In this document: positions 7,608-16,969 of the stretch, in pieces
How positions within the stretch are numbered: position 1 is the first letter of the stretch
Layout: each line of letters opens with the position of its first letter
Origin: Actinomycetota bacterium
Lineage (GTDB): Bacteria > Actinomycetota > Geothermincolia > Geothermincolales > RBG-13-55-18
Assembly (NCBI GenBank): GCA_014360685.1
Contig: JACIXB010000011.1
Location: forward strand, 195,261 to 259,260
Direction: 5' to 3'
DNA length: 64,000 nucleotides
Notes under the pieces: model-generated
Databases searched by the model: none
The model's input: the letters and a program-made list of their open reading frames with translations, nothing else
What the model was told of the DNA's origin: nothing
Made by a program: the position numbers and the translations under genes

Positions 7608-8672
7608 ATGGAAAATCCAGGCATGAAAAGGGACGGGAAAAGGGGCGGAGCGGCCCGCTTCCTGGCCTTCCTCCTGGCCTCCGTGCTGGTATTCCTCACC
7701 GTCGCCGCGGCGCCCGCGGATCCGGTGCAGGACAAGAGACAGGAGCTGGAACGGATAAAGGAGGAAGTCCAGAGGATAGACGCCAGGCTGGAGACGATAG
7801 TCGAGCAGTACAACCTGGCCAATTACCGCATACAGGTCAACAAGGCGGCCATGGCGGAGAAGGAGAGGCGCCTGGCGGCCCTTACCGCGGAAATGGAGAG
7901 GCGGAAGGACATCTTGGGCCAGCGGGTCAGGGAGCTTTACAAATCGGGGAACGCCGACATCCTGGAGGTCCTCATGGAGTGCCGCACCGTGGACGACCTC
8001 TACACCAACCTCGACCGTGCCCTGCGCATCAGCGGCAACGACGTGGAGGACATCGCATCCCTTATCGCCTCCCGGCAGGAGGTCGAGGCGGCCCGGGCGG
8101 AACTGGAGGCGCAGCGCGCTGCCCTGAACGCCGAGATGGCCGGCCTCGAGGCGCAGAAGAAACAGATCGAGGCCGACCTGCAGAGGAGAAGGGAGCTCAT
8201 GGCCGGGGTGGAGGCGGAGATCAACCGCATGCTGGCCGAGGAGGAGTCCAGGAGGCAGGCGGCCGCCGTCTCGCGGCCGTCGGTCGTCAGCCGTCCCCGC
8301 ACCCCTCCGCCGCCTCCCCCGCCGTACGCTCCGGCGGTGGTGAAAGTGGCTTACGCTCAACTTGGAAAACCCTACCGGTACGCGGCGGCGGGCCCCAATG
8401 CCTTCGACTGTTCGGGCCTGGTCATGTACTGTTACGCGCAGGTGGGCATAAGGCTTCCTCACAGCTCCTACATGCAGGCACGTTGCGGGGTGCCCGTGTC
8501 CTACGCGGAGCTGCAGCCCGGGGACCTGGTCTTCTTCCGCGGTTACGGGCACGTTGGGATGTACATCGGTAACGGGCAGTACATACACGCGCCCCGCACC
8601 GGGGACGTGGTGCGCATCGCCGACCTGGGGAGGAGGAGGGATTTCTGCGGAGCGGTCCGGATAATCCGCTGA
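7608..8672 (+). CDS. Secreted coiled-coil NlpC/P60 peptidoglycan endopeptidase (RipA/CwlO-like architecture)
   Basis: Signal-like 'ARFLAFLLASVLVFLTVAAAPA'; long heptad/charged region; Pro-rich linker; C-terminal 'AFDCSGLV...GHVGMYIG...IHAP' (Cys-His NlpC/P60). Start 7590, 7608 or 7623 is uncertain. Confidence 0.85.
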   Translation: MENPGMKRDGKRGGAARFLAFLLASVLVFLTVAAAPADPVQDKRQELERIKEEVQRIDARLETIVEQYNLANYRIQVNKAAMAEKERRLAALTAEMERRKDILGQRVRELYKSGNADILEVLMECRTVDDLYTNLDRALRISGNDVEDIASLIASRQEVEAARAELEAQRAALNAEMAGLEAQKKQIEADLQRRRELMAGVEAEINRMLAEEESRRQAAAVSRPSVVSRPRTPPPPPPPYAPAVVKVAYAQLGKPYRYAAAGPNAFDCSGLVMYCYAQVGIRLPHSSYMQARCGVPVSYAELQPGDLVFFRGYGHVGMYIGNGQYIHAPRTGDVVRIADLGRRRDFCGAVRIIR

Positions 8673-8889
8673 CGGGTAGGGACCGCCCCCGCCTCCCGGG
8701 TGTCGGGAAAGGGTCACCTCCGTGTCACCCGTTCAGGGGAAGGGTCCGGCGCGTACCCTGGTATAGGTCGGGAGGTCAGGCGGGGGAGAAGTCGAGTTTA
8801 CGGGCTCGGCGTGAATCGGCGGGCGCGGGGGCGCGTCGCCTCTTCCGGTTTCGAGCCCGAAAAGCGAAGCGGTTCGAGGGGGTAGGGGC

Positions 8890-9942
8890 ATGAGTCGCAC
8901 GGCGGTGTTTTACGATCCCCTTTTCCTGGAGCACGACACCGGCTTGGGGCACCCGGAGAGGGCGGAGCGGCTGGAAAAGGCCATGGAAATGCTGGAAAGC
9001 ACCCGGCTCAAGGAGAAGGTGAGAGTCCTTTCTCCGCGGGACGCGGCCGTGGAGGAGATCGAGCTGGTCCACCCCAGGCCCTACATCGAGGACGTGAAGA
9101 GGGTGGCCGATTCCGGGGGCGGGTGGTTGGACCCGGATACCCACGTGGGCACGCGTTCCTACCACGCGGCTTTGCGTTCGGCGGGAGCGGCCCTGGACGG
9201 GCTGGAGCGCATCTTCTCCGGGGAGATAGACAACGCCTTCTGCCTGGCCCGGCCGCCGGGGCACCACGCCACCGCCACCCGGGGCATGGGGTTCTGCCTC
9301 TTCAACAACAACGCCGTGGCGGCCAGGTTCGCCATGGAAAAATATGGGATATCCAGGATCTTCATCCTGGATTGGGATGCCCATCACGGTAACGGCATCC
9401 AGGAAATTTTCTACCGGGACGACCGGGTGCTCTACGTATCCCTTCACCAGTATCCCCACTACCCGGGTACCGGGAGCTACCGCGAGACGGGGGAGGGCAA
9501 GGGCGAGGGATACACGGTCAACTTCCCCCTTCCGGCGCGTACCGGGGAAGAGGTCTACCTGGCCGCCTTCGACCGGGTGATCATCCCCTTGGCCCTGAAA
9601 TACGGGCCGGAGCTGGTGCTGGTGTCCGCCGGCTACGACGGCCATTTCAGCGACCCCCTGTGCTCCATGCTCCTCAAGTCCACCTCCTACGCGGAGATGG
9701 CCGAGCGGTTGAAGAAACTGGCCGCAGAGGTGTGCGGAGGCAGGATGCTGGTCTGCCTGGAGGGCGGTTACAACCTCACCGCGGTGGCCAGGTCCATCAC
9801 CAACACCATTGCCGTGCTGGCCGGGGAGGATCTCCGGGTGGAGGACGAGGAAGTGTACGGGAAGGGGCTTCCCGCCTCCGACCGGGGCATGGAGGTGGTG
9901 GAGCTCGTCCAGGGGGTCATAAGGCCTTACTGGAAGATATAG
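8890..9942 (+). CDS. Histone-deacetylase-family deacetylase (AcuC/acetylpolyamine amidohydrolase-like)
   Basis: 'ARPPGHHA', 'ILDWDAHHGNGIQ', 'SAGYDGH', 'LEGGYN' are the classical HDAC catalytic motifs. Confidence 0.9.
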   Translation: MSRTAVFYDPLFLEHDTGLGHPERAERLEKAMEMLESTRLKEKVRVLSPRDAAVEEIELVHPRPYIEDVKRVADSGGGWLDPDTHVGTRSYHAALRSAGAALDGLERIFSGEIDNAFCLARPPGHHATATRGMGFCLFNNNAVAARFAMEKYGISRIFILDWDAHHGNGIQEIFYRDDRVLYVSLHQYPHYPGTGSYRETGEGKGEGYTVNFPLPARTGEEVYLAAFDRVIIPLALKYGPELVLVSAGYDGHFSDPLCSMLLKSTSYAEMAERLKKLAAEVCGGRMLVCLEGGYNLTAVARSITNTIAVLAGEDLRVEDEEVYGKGLPASDRGMEVVELVQGVIRPYWKI

Positions 9943-10074
9943 CCATAAGGTTCCGCCGCGGGAGCGTCCCACGTATCCTCATCCCTGACGTTTGGGCCCC
10001 GGGCTGTGCTATGATGAATCCGTTGAAGGGCGGCTATACGGCAAGTTAGGGTGAGAAACCGGCGAGGGTTGGAC

Positions 10075-11172
10075 ATGGACATTCAAACGCTCCTGCAGTA
10101 CATGGTGGAGAAACAGGCTTCCGACCTGCACATCAAGGCGGGCGGGCCTCCCTATTTCCGCATCGACGGGCAACTGGTGAAGTCGGACTTTCCGCGCCTC
10201 TCGCCCACGGACACCGTGGAGGCCGCCTACGCCCTGATGAACGAGAAGCAGGCCAAGAAGTTCGCCGAGCGCAGCGAGGTGGACTTCGCCTACAGCATCG
10301 CCGGCCTGGGCAGGTTCCGGGCCAACATCTTCAAGCAGAGGGGAACGGTGGGCATCGCCATCCGCCGCGTGCTGACCACCGCGGTGCCCTCCTTCGAGGA
10401 GCTGGGTCTGCCGCCGGTGCTGCGGCGCCTGGCCATGGAGAGGAGGGGGATGATACTGGTCACCGGGCCGGCGGGGGCCGGCAAGACCACCACCCTGGCG
10501 GCCATCATCGATTACATCAACAGCAACGAGCAGCTGAACATCATCACCATCGAGGACCCCATCGAGGTCCTGCACGTGGATAAGAAGAGCATCATCCACC
10601 AGAGGGAGATAGGGACGGATACGGAGAGCTACGCCGACGCCCTCAAGTACATAACCCGACAGGATCCGGACGTCATCCTCATCGGGGAGATGCGTGACCC
10701 GGAGACGGTGACCGCGGCTATGAACGTGGCCATGACCGGGCACCTGGTGCTCTCCAGCTTCCATACCATAGACACCACGGAGACGGTGAACCGGATCATC
10801 GATTTTTTCCCTCCCCAGCAGCAGAAACAGATCCGCCTCACTCTGGCCAGCGTCCTCAAGGGGGTCATCTCCCAGCGCCTGCTCCCCCTCAAGGACCACA
10901 GCGGCAGGGTCCCGGCGGTGGAGGTTCTGGTGATGACCGGCCGCATGGCGGAGGCCCTGATAAACGAGGAGCCCACCACCGTGCTGCGCGAGATCATCGC
11001 CGAGGGCGAGTTCTACGGCATGCAGACCTTCGACCAGTCCCTGGTGGACCTCTACCGTTACGGGTTGGTGGATTTCAAGACCGCCCTCTCGGCGGCCACC
11101 AACCCCCACGATTTCGCCCTGGCCGTGAAACAGCTGGGCCTGGAGGTGGAGGAAGACCTCTTGAGCAAGTGA
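10075..11172 (+). CDS. pilT: Type IV pilus retraction ATPase PilT (twitching motility)
   Basis: 'ASDLHIKAGGPPYFRIDG', Walker A 'GPAGAGKTTTLAA', 'DPDVILIGEMRD', 'TGHLVLSSFHT'. ATG at 10075 with GAGGG 6 nt upstream. Confidence 0.9.
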   Translation: MDIQTLLQYMVEKQASDLHIKAGGPPYFRIDGQLVKSDFPRLSPTDTVEAAYALMNEKQAKKFAERSEVDFAYSIAGLGRFRANIFKQRGTVGIAIRRVLTTAVPSFEELGLPPVLRRLAMERRGMILVTGPAGAGKTTTLAAIIDYINSNEQLNIITIEDPIEVLHVDKKSIIHQREIGTDTESYADALKYITRQDPDVILIGEMRDPETVTAAMNVAMTGHLVLSSFHTIDTTETVNRIIDFFPPQQQKQIRLTLASVLKGVISQRLLPLKDHSGRVPAVEVLVMTGRMAEALINEEPTTVLREIIAEGEFYGMQTFDQSLVDLYRYGLVDFKTALSAATNPHDFALAVKQLGLEVEEDLLSK

Positions 11173-11384
11173 AGGCCTCCGGGAACCGCAAGCCGTCTAT
11201 TGCCGGACCCCGTTTCCGGCGCGGGAAGGCATTTCTCCGGGCGGCGGCGGTCCTCGCCCTTTTCGCGTTCCTCGTCGCGGCGGCGAGAAAGCCACCCGGG
11301 GGGTTGAAAGCGGAGGACGCCGGCGAGCCTCCCATTCCCTGGAAGGAGGCCAGCCCGGCGGAGGTATTCGGGGCGGGGCCGTGA
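11169..11384 (+). CDS. Small hypothetical protein with one predicted TM helix (71 aa)
   Basis: GTGA overlaps at both ends (pilT stop and next gene start) suggest translational coupling. Hydrophobic 'AAAVLALFAFLVAAA'. No recognisable family. Confidence 0.35.
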   Translation: MKASGNRKPSIAGPRFRRGKAFLRAAAVLALFAFLVAAARKPPGGLKAEDAGEPPIPWKEASPAEVFGAGP

Positions 11385-12523
11385 AGGTCCTCATCCTGGG
11401 CGCGGCGGGGAAGGCGGGAAGGGCGGCGCTGGCCGCCATCCGCAACCTGCCCGGCGTGGAACTGGTGTTCCTCGCTGATCGGGACGCCGAGGGCCTGGCC
11501 AAGATGGCCACTTTCCACGCCCCATTCCCCGTCCGCCTGCGCTACCTGGAGGCCCGCCATCCGCGTGACCTTCGCGAACGCCTCCGCGAAGCGGACCTGG
11601 TGTTGGGGTGCGTGGGGCCTTTCCACCTCCACGAGGGAGAGATATTACGGGCGGTAGTGGAGACGGGGCGCGATTACCTGACTTTGTGCGACGACGCCGG
11701 CGTCACCGAGGAGGCCCTTTCCCACCGGGAACGGGCCGCGGCGGGCGGTTCCCGGGTGCTCATGGGCTGCGGGATGGCCCCCGGGCTCTCCAACCTGCTG
11801 GCCCTTCGGGCCGCTTCCCGCCTTGACCGGGTGGAGCGCCTGGGATTCTTCTGGCGCCTCGAGGCGCTGACCTCCCTGGGATCAGGCACCCTCCACCACC
11901 TGGCGCATTCCCTGGCCGGAAAGGCCAAGATCGCAAAGGGCGGCGGCGAGGGCAAGGTGCGGGCGGGAGGATGGCCGGAGATGGTGGACTTCCCGCCTCC
12001 CGCCGGCCCCGCCGTCCTCTCCTTTTTGCGCCGCCCGGAGCCGCTCACCCTGCCCCGGGCCGTGAAGGGGGCGAAAGAGGTCTTTTTCAAGGCCGGAATG
12101 GGAGGCAGGGCGGAAGATTTCCTGCTCCACGCGCTTTCCCGGTTGGGAGAGGAGGGCTACGCGGAGGTCCTGTTGGACCTCCTGAGGTTGACCGGCGGAA
12201 GGGCTCGGGGCGAGGCCCGGGAGGGGAATTGCCCCACCTGCCTGCGGGTGACGGCGGAGGGTATCCGCGGAGGCAGACCCTTCCGCGTACACCTGGCGGC
12301 CGCCGGCGATTACTACCGGGTCACGGGGATGATGGTCGCGGCGGCCGTGGCTTGGCTGCGGGACCTCGATCCTCCCCCAGGTGTCTATTACCCGGAAGAG
12401 GGGCCGGACCCCCTGCGGGCCCTGCCCTTCCTGCGGGTATCAGGGGCCCGGTTCTTCATGGCCGAGGAACCCTTGGCCCGGGGACGCCGGGTTGGCATGG
12501 AGGGCGATGGCCGGTCAGGATAG
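11381..12523 (+). CDS. Saccharopine-dehydrogenase-like NAD(P)-binding oxidoreductase
   Basis: N-terminal Rossmann 'KVLILGAAGKAGRAA'. Length and layout resemble the Sacchrp_dh family. Substrate unknown. Confidence 0.65.
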   Translation: MKVLILGAAGKAGRAALAAIRNLPGVELVFLADRDAEGLAKMATFHAPFPVRLRYLEARHPRDLRERLREADLVLGCVGPFHLHEGEILRAVVETGRDYLTLCDDAGVTEEALSHRERAAAGGSRVLMGCGMAPGLSNLLALRAASRLDRVERLGFFWRLEALTSLGSGTLHHLAHSLAGKAKIAKGGGEGKVRAGGWPEMVDFPPPAGPAVLSFLRRPEPLTLPRAVKGAKEVFFKAGMGGRAEDFLLHALSRLGEEGYAEVLLDLLRLTGGRARGEAREGNCPTCLRVTAEGIRGGRPFRVHLAAAGDYYRVTGMMVAAAVAWLRDLDPPPGVYYPEEGPDPLRALPFLRVSGARFFMAEEPLARGRRVGMEGDGRSG

Positions 12524-12696
12524 GGGCATAAAAAAACCGTCCCTCTTTAACCCGAGGACCCTGTTCCGCGTCCCTGCCGCCGGCCGCGCGGGAAGCGGGA
12601 GCCTCCCGGCGCGTCGTTACCGCAACTCGCGGAGGCTGTTATAATCTTTAACCTGAACGCCGTGAAAGCGGCCGGAATGGAGCGAGGAGCGTGGTC

Positions 12697-13620
12697 TTGA
12701 AAATACTGGTAACCGGTGGCGCGGGATTCATCGGGTCCCATCTCTGCGAACGCCTGGTGGCCGAGGGGCACGCGGTCTGGTGCCTGGACAACCTGTGCAC
12801 CGGGAGCACGGAGAACCTGGAGGGCCTCAAAGGCAACCCCCTTTTCGATTTCATCCTGGCCGACGTGGCGGACCCCCTGACCCTCGAGGTGGACGCCGTG
12901 GCCCACCTGGCAAGTCCTGCCAGTCCGGTGGATTACCACCGCATGCCCGTGGAGACCATGATGGCCAACTCCATGGGCACTTACCAGGCGCTGGAGGTGG
13001 CACGCAAGAACGGCGCGCGTTTCCTCCTGGCCTCCACCTCCGAGGTCTACGGCGATCCCCTGAAGGTCCCCCAGGACGAGGAATACACCGGCAACGTCAA
13101 CCCGGTGGGACCGCGGGCCTGCTACGACGAGTCCAAACGTTTCGCCGAGGCGCTCACTTCCACCTACCGGCGCCTGTACGGCCTGGAGACTGTCATCCTG
13201 CGAATCTTCAACACTTACGGTCCGCGCATGCGTCGGGAGGACGGGAGGGTGATTCCCAATTTCATCCAGCAGGCGCTGGCCGGGGAACCGCTGACCGTCT
13301 ACGGGGACGGTTCGCAGACCCGCAGTTTCTGTTACGTGGACGACCTGGTGGAGGGCATTTGCCTGGCCCTGCACAGCGAACGCGCCGCGGGGGAGGTCAT
13401 CAACCTGGGCAGCGACCGGGAGATGACCGTGCTGGACCTGGCACACCGGATAAAGGAGATGTTGGGTTCCGACTCGGAGATAGTGTTCCTGCCCCTGCCC
13501 CAGGACGACCCCCGCAGGAGGAAGCCCGACCTCGCCCGGGCCCGAGAACTTCTGGGTTGGGAGCCCACAACCGCCCTGGAGGAGGGCCTCCGCCTCACGG
13601 CGGAATGGTTCAGGCGCTGA
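12697..13620 (+). CDS. UDP-glucuronate decarboxylase / UDP-xylose synthase-like SDR
   Basis: 'KILVTGGAGFIGSHL', 'STSEVYGDP', catalytic 'CYDESKR', 'RIFNTYGPRM'. TTG at 12697 is better spaced from GAGGAG than GTG at 12691. Confidence 0.88.
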   Translation: MKILVTGGAGFIGSHLCERLVAEGHAVWCLDNLCTGSTENLEGLKGNPLFDFILADVADPLTLEVDAVAHLASPASPVDYHRMPVETMMANSMGTYQALEVARKNGARFLLASTSEVYGDPLKVPQDEEYTGNVNPVGPRACYDESKRFAEALTSTYRRLYGLETVILRIFNTYGPRMRREDGRVIPNFIQQALAGEPLTVYGDGSQTRSFCYVDDLVEGICLALHSERAAGEVINLGSDREMTVLDLAHRIKEMLGSDSEIVFLPLPQDDPRRRKPDLARARELLGWEPTTALEEGLRLTAEWFRR

Positions 13621-14063
13621 GCTTTCGGGAGGATGCCTTGGAGGACCTGGATTCGCGCTACGAGAGGATAATCCGCCTGCGTTCCGACCCCTCCACCTTC
13701 TACGCACTCCTGGGCATGAGGGTGGAAAAGCTGGAGGAGGGGCGGTCGTGTATGGCCCTACCCGTGGAAAAGAAGCACCTGAACGCCGGCGGCGTGGTGC
13801 ATGGCGGGGCCTTGGCCTCCCTGGCCGACGCCTCCATCGCCGCCGCCCTGGCCACCCTGATGGATCTCCAAAGGGAGAGCATGATCACCGTGGAGATGAA
13901 GATAAACTACCTGGCACCGGTGCGCGAAGGCTTGGTGCGTGCCGAGGGCGAGGTCATACAGAAGGGGAAATCCATCGCCGTGGGCGAAGCCTGCCTTTAC
14001 GACGCCGGCGGGAGGATGGTGGCCAAGGCCACGGCCACCTTCATGATCCGGCAACGGGCCTGA
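13605..14063 (+). CDS. PaaI-type hotdog-fold thioesterase
   Basis: 'NAGGVVHGGALASLADASIAAA...TVEMKINYLAPV' is the PaaI/4HBT signature. Only the 3' part of ORF-track 12780..14063 is credible. Confidence 0.8.
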   Translation: MVQALSFREDALEDLDSRYERIIRLRSDPSTFYALLGMRVEKLEEGRSCMALPVEKKHLNAGGVVHGGALASLADASIAAALATLMDLQRESMITVEMKINYLAPVREGLVRAEGEVIQKGKSIAVGEACLYDAGGRMVAKATATFMIRQRA

Positions 14064-14373
14064 GCTTCCCGCCTCCATACGGGCCGCCCAGCCTGGTGAC
14101 CCGGCGAAGCACCCAGGTCCCCTCCTCCGGGTGATGGCTGAGCAGGTAAAGATCCCCGTCGTCGGCCCTTACCCGGAAGCACACCCTCCGCTCGTGGCCG
14201 CTCTCGTCCTCCTCGAACCAGCTTCCCTCGATGTCCATGACCGAGAATTCCCGCCCGCTGAGAATGAAACTCAGGGGCCTCTCATCGGCCTTGAACCCGG
14301 AGTAACACTTTACCTGGACGGGGAAATTGGCTTCCTCGGTCACGGGGTTCCACGTCTCCATGATCTCGCTCAA
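14041..14373 (-). CDS. Hypothetical acidic protein, 110 aa, downstream of ino1
   Basis: TTG start preceded by GGAGGGAG. Same strand as padR-ino1. Protein-like composition, unlike off-frame GC artefacts. No family recognised. Confidence 0.5.
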   Translation of the reverse strand: MSEIMETWNPVTEEANFPVQVKCYSGFKADERPLSFILSGREFSVMDIEGSWFEEDESGHERRVCFRVRADDGDLYLLSHHPEEGTWVLRRVTRLGGPYGGGKLRPVAGS

Positions 14374-14553
14374 ACCACTCCCTCCGCTCTTGCGATTCCC
14401 GCGCCCGGTTCACCCGCGCAACAGGGTAATACAACACCCGGGCGGTGAGCGTCAACCCTTGGGGAGGTCCTCCCCCGCAATGCTCGGGGTTCGGCCTGGG
14501 AAGGACCATCTTCTCCGAGGGGAGGGGGCACGTTGTCCGGCGGGTCGGGTCGT

Positions 14554-15720
14554 TCAATCCTTGCCGGGGCCGGTGCGGCCGGAGAGGAGGCCCTGCGCGC
14601 TTTCCAACTCCTTCCCGTTGCCGAAATCGGCGGTGGTGAGCATGCCCTCCGGCTTCCCGGCGATGAAGTCCTCCACCATCTGGCGGGCGACGTCGTCGGA
14701 GTACTGCACCGGGGGGGACTTCATGAAATAGGAGGACGGGCCGATCAGGGCCCCCGAAAGCCCGCGGTCCATGGCCAGTTTGCAGCAACGCACGGCGTCG
14801 ATGACGATGCCGGCGGAATTGGGGGAGTCCCAGACCTCCAGCTTGAATTCAAGGGAGACGGGGACATCCCCGAACTCCCGTCCCTCCAGCCGGATATAGG
14901 CCCATTTACGGTCGTTGAGCCAGGCCACGTAGTCGCTGGGGCCGATGTGCACGTCGTCTTTGTCGATGCTGTGGTTGAGCTGAGAGACCACGGCGTCGGT
15001 CTTGGAGACCTTCTTGGATTCCAGTCTTTCGCGTTCCAGCATGTTCATGAAATCCATGTTTCCGCCGATGTTGAGTTGGGCGGTGCGGTCCAGGACCACC
15101 CCGCGGTCGTTGAAGAGCTTGGCCAGCACGCGGTGCACGATGGTCGCCCCGACCTGCGACTTGATGTCGTCTCCCACGATGGGGAGCCCATGGCGGCGGA
15201 AGCGGCCCTGCCAGATCTCCTCCCGGGCCACGAAGACGGGGATGCAGTTCACGACCCCGCAGCCTGCCTTGAGGGCTTCTTCCACGTAGAAGTGGGTGGC
15301 TTTCTCGCTTCCCACCGGAAGATAGTTGACCACCACGTCCACCTGGTGCCGAGACAGGACCTCGGCCACGTTCACCGGATCCGAGGGATGTTCCTTCGAT
15401 ACCTGGCGATAGTATTTCCCGAAACCGTCCAGGGTGGGGCCGCGGTAAACCGGGGCCCCGAGGGGCGGCACGTCGCTTATCTTGATGGTGTTGTTCCTCC
15501 CACGGAAGATGGCCTCGGAGACGTCCCGGCCCACCTTGTCCGCGTCCACGTCGAAGGCGCAAACGATCTCGATGTCCCGGATGTGGTAGGGTCCGATGCT
15601 CACGTGCATGAGGCCCGGGACCAGGTCGCCTTCCCGGGCATCGCGGTAGTACTGGATGCCCTGGACCAGGGAAGAGGCGCAGTTGCCCACGCCTATGATG
15701 GCCGTCCTTACCTTTCCCAT
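14554..15720 (-). CDS. ino1: myo-Inositol-1-phosphate synthase
   Basis: '[14 protein letters not shown]', 'NYLPVGS', '[13 protein letters not shown]', 'LNIGGNMDF' are typical of bacterial/archaeal MIPS. SD GGGAGG lies upstream. Confidence 0.92.
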   Translation of the reverse strand: MGKVRTAIIGVGNCASSLVQGIQYYRDAREGDLVPGLMHVSIGPYHIRDIEIVCAFDVDADKVGRDVSEAIFRGRNNTIKISDVPPLGAPVYRGPTLDGFGKYYRQVSKEHPSDPVNVAEVLSRHQVDVVVNYLPVGSEKATHFYVEEALKAGCGVVNCIPVFVAREEIWQGRFRRHGLPIVGDDIKSQVGATIVHRVLAKLFNDRGVVLDRTAQLNIGGNMDFMNMLERERLESKKVSKTDAVVSQLNHSIDKDDVHIGPSDYVAWLNDRKWAYIRLEGREFGDVPVSLEFKLEVWDSPNSAGIVIDAVRCCKLAMDRGLSGALIGPSSYFMKSPPVQYSDDVARQMVEDFIAGKPEGMLTTADFGNGKELESAQGLLSGRTGPGKD

Positions 15721-15795
15721 ATGCTCAACCTCCCTAACTCCCTATATTCATATCCCACCGGGGATGTGCTTTGCTCCTCTCCGACGCCCCGGCCT

Positions 15796-16425
15796 TCAGG
15801 CCTGTATGGGCGTGGCCTTCTCCAGCGACTCTCCGTCCAGCAGCAATTTCTCACCCCCCTTCTCCCCCTTTCTCGGGGAACCCCTTCCCCGTTCCTTTTC
15901 CAGTAAATATTTCCTCTCCTGCTCTATGAGCTCGTCCAGCCACCGGATGTCGCTGCGGAGCAGTTCCTGGCGGTGCCGGTAGAGCCCCAGGCGATAACTG
16001 TCCGACTCCTTGTAACGGGATTTCCCCGCCCCGGCCATCTCCTCGAGCTTCTCGGCGAGGTAGCCGCGGCGTTTCTCGAGCAGCCAGAGCCTCAATTCGG
16101 GTTCCATGTACTGGAAAAAAGCCAGCCGCAGGCTGAACTTGTCGGAATCGGTGATCTCCGAGGACTTTCCGGTTTCCTCCAGCAACTGGCGGAACATCTC
16201 CTCCCCCTTGGGGGTGATCCGGTAGACGTAGCGATTACGGGCCTTTTCCTTCACCGTGTAGGCCCTCTCCACGGCATCCTTGGCCTCCAGGCGCTTGAGG
16301 GCCGGGTAGAGGGAGCCGAAGCTTATCTTCCACAGGTGCCCCAGGAGGAAGGAGAGGCGCTTCTTGAGCTCGTACCCGTGCATGGGTTTTTCCTTGAGCG
16401 CTCCCAGTATGGCCAGTTCGAGCAC
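15796..16425 (-). CDS. PadR-family transcriptional regulator (long form)
   Basis: 'LAILGALKEKPMHGYELKKRL...GSLYPALKRLEAKDAV' winged HTH. GTG start with AAGGAGAGGA upstream. Confidence 0.85.
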   Translation of the reverse strand: MLELAILGALKEKPMHGYELKKRLSFLLGHLWKISFGSLYPALKRLEAKDAVERAYTVKEKARNRYVYRITPKGEEMFRQLLEETGKSSEITDSDKFSLRLAFFQYMEPELRLWLLEKRRGYLAEKLEEMAGAGKSRYKESDSYRLGLYRHRQELLRSDIRWLDELIEQERKYLLEKERGRGSPRKGEKGGEKLLLDGESLEKATPIQA

Positions 16426-16487
16426 CTTTACATCCTCTCCTTGCGGCTTTATTATCTTTTTGCGCGCCCGCCGCGCTGGATATCGTT

Positions 16488-16529
16488 TCGATATATCATA
16501 TCGATATATCTTGTCGATATACTATATCG
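16488..16529. promoter_or_regulatory. Three tandem 13-bp repeats (TCGATATATCATA / TCGATATATCTTG / TCGATATACTATA + TCG) containing ATATCGATAT palindromes; candidate PadR operator array
   Basis: Read directly at 16488, 16501 and 16514. AT-rich island 60-100 bp upstream of the padR start on the minus strand. Confidence 0.6.
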
Positions 16530-16969
16530 TTTCTCCCCGGCACGCAACTCCCGTTCCTGTAATGCCGTCGAAGTCCGAAATGACGCCTTCTCTCCGGGTT
16601 GTAAAAGAGGCCGGACGATCTACTTCTTGCGAGGCGGCGGGGATCCGGAAACATGCCGCCGACATGGATAATATGGCTGACAGGGGTACCCTTCCAATCC
16701 CCACCTCTTTGGAGGCGTATCCCCGGCGCCGGCGGTCCGCCGTGCGCTCCGGTTCGCGAACCCTTTTCGCGCCGGGTATAACCGGGTGGATTGGACCTGG
16801 AAACGGCCCCCAGCCGGCCTCCACCGACCAGGAGAAACGGGCTCTCTTCACCACCATAGCCGGGTGTTTTGAAACCGGTAGCGGTCCCCCGGCGCTTGCC
16901 TCTTTCGCGGGCCGGGGCCTGTAAACCCCTCCTCTGCTCGCCCGGCGGAAGGCCCGCGCCCGCGACGAT

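Noticed and set aside
16488-16529. CRISPR-like short repeats
   Set aside because: The units are only 13 bp, directly abutting with no spacers, AT-rich and in a promoter position. No cas genes are in the window, so they are interpreted as operator repeats.
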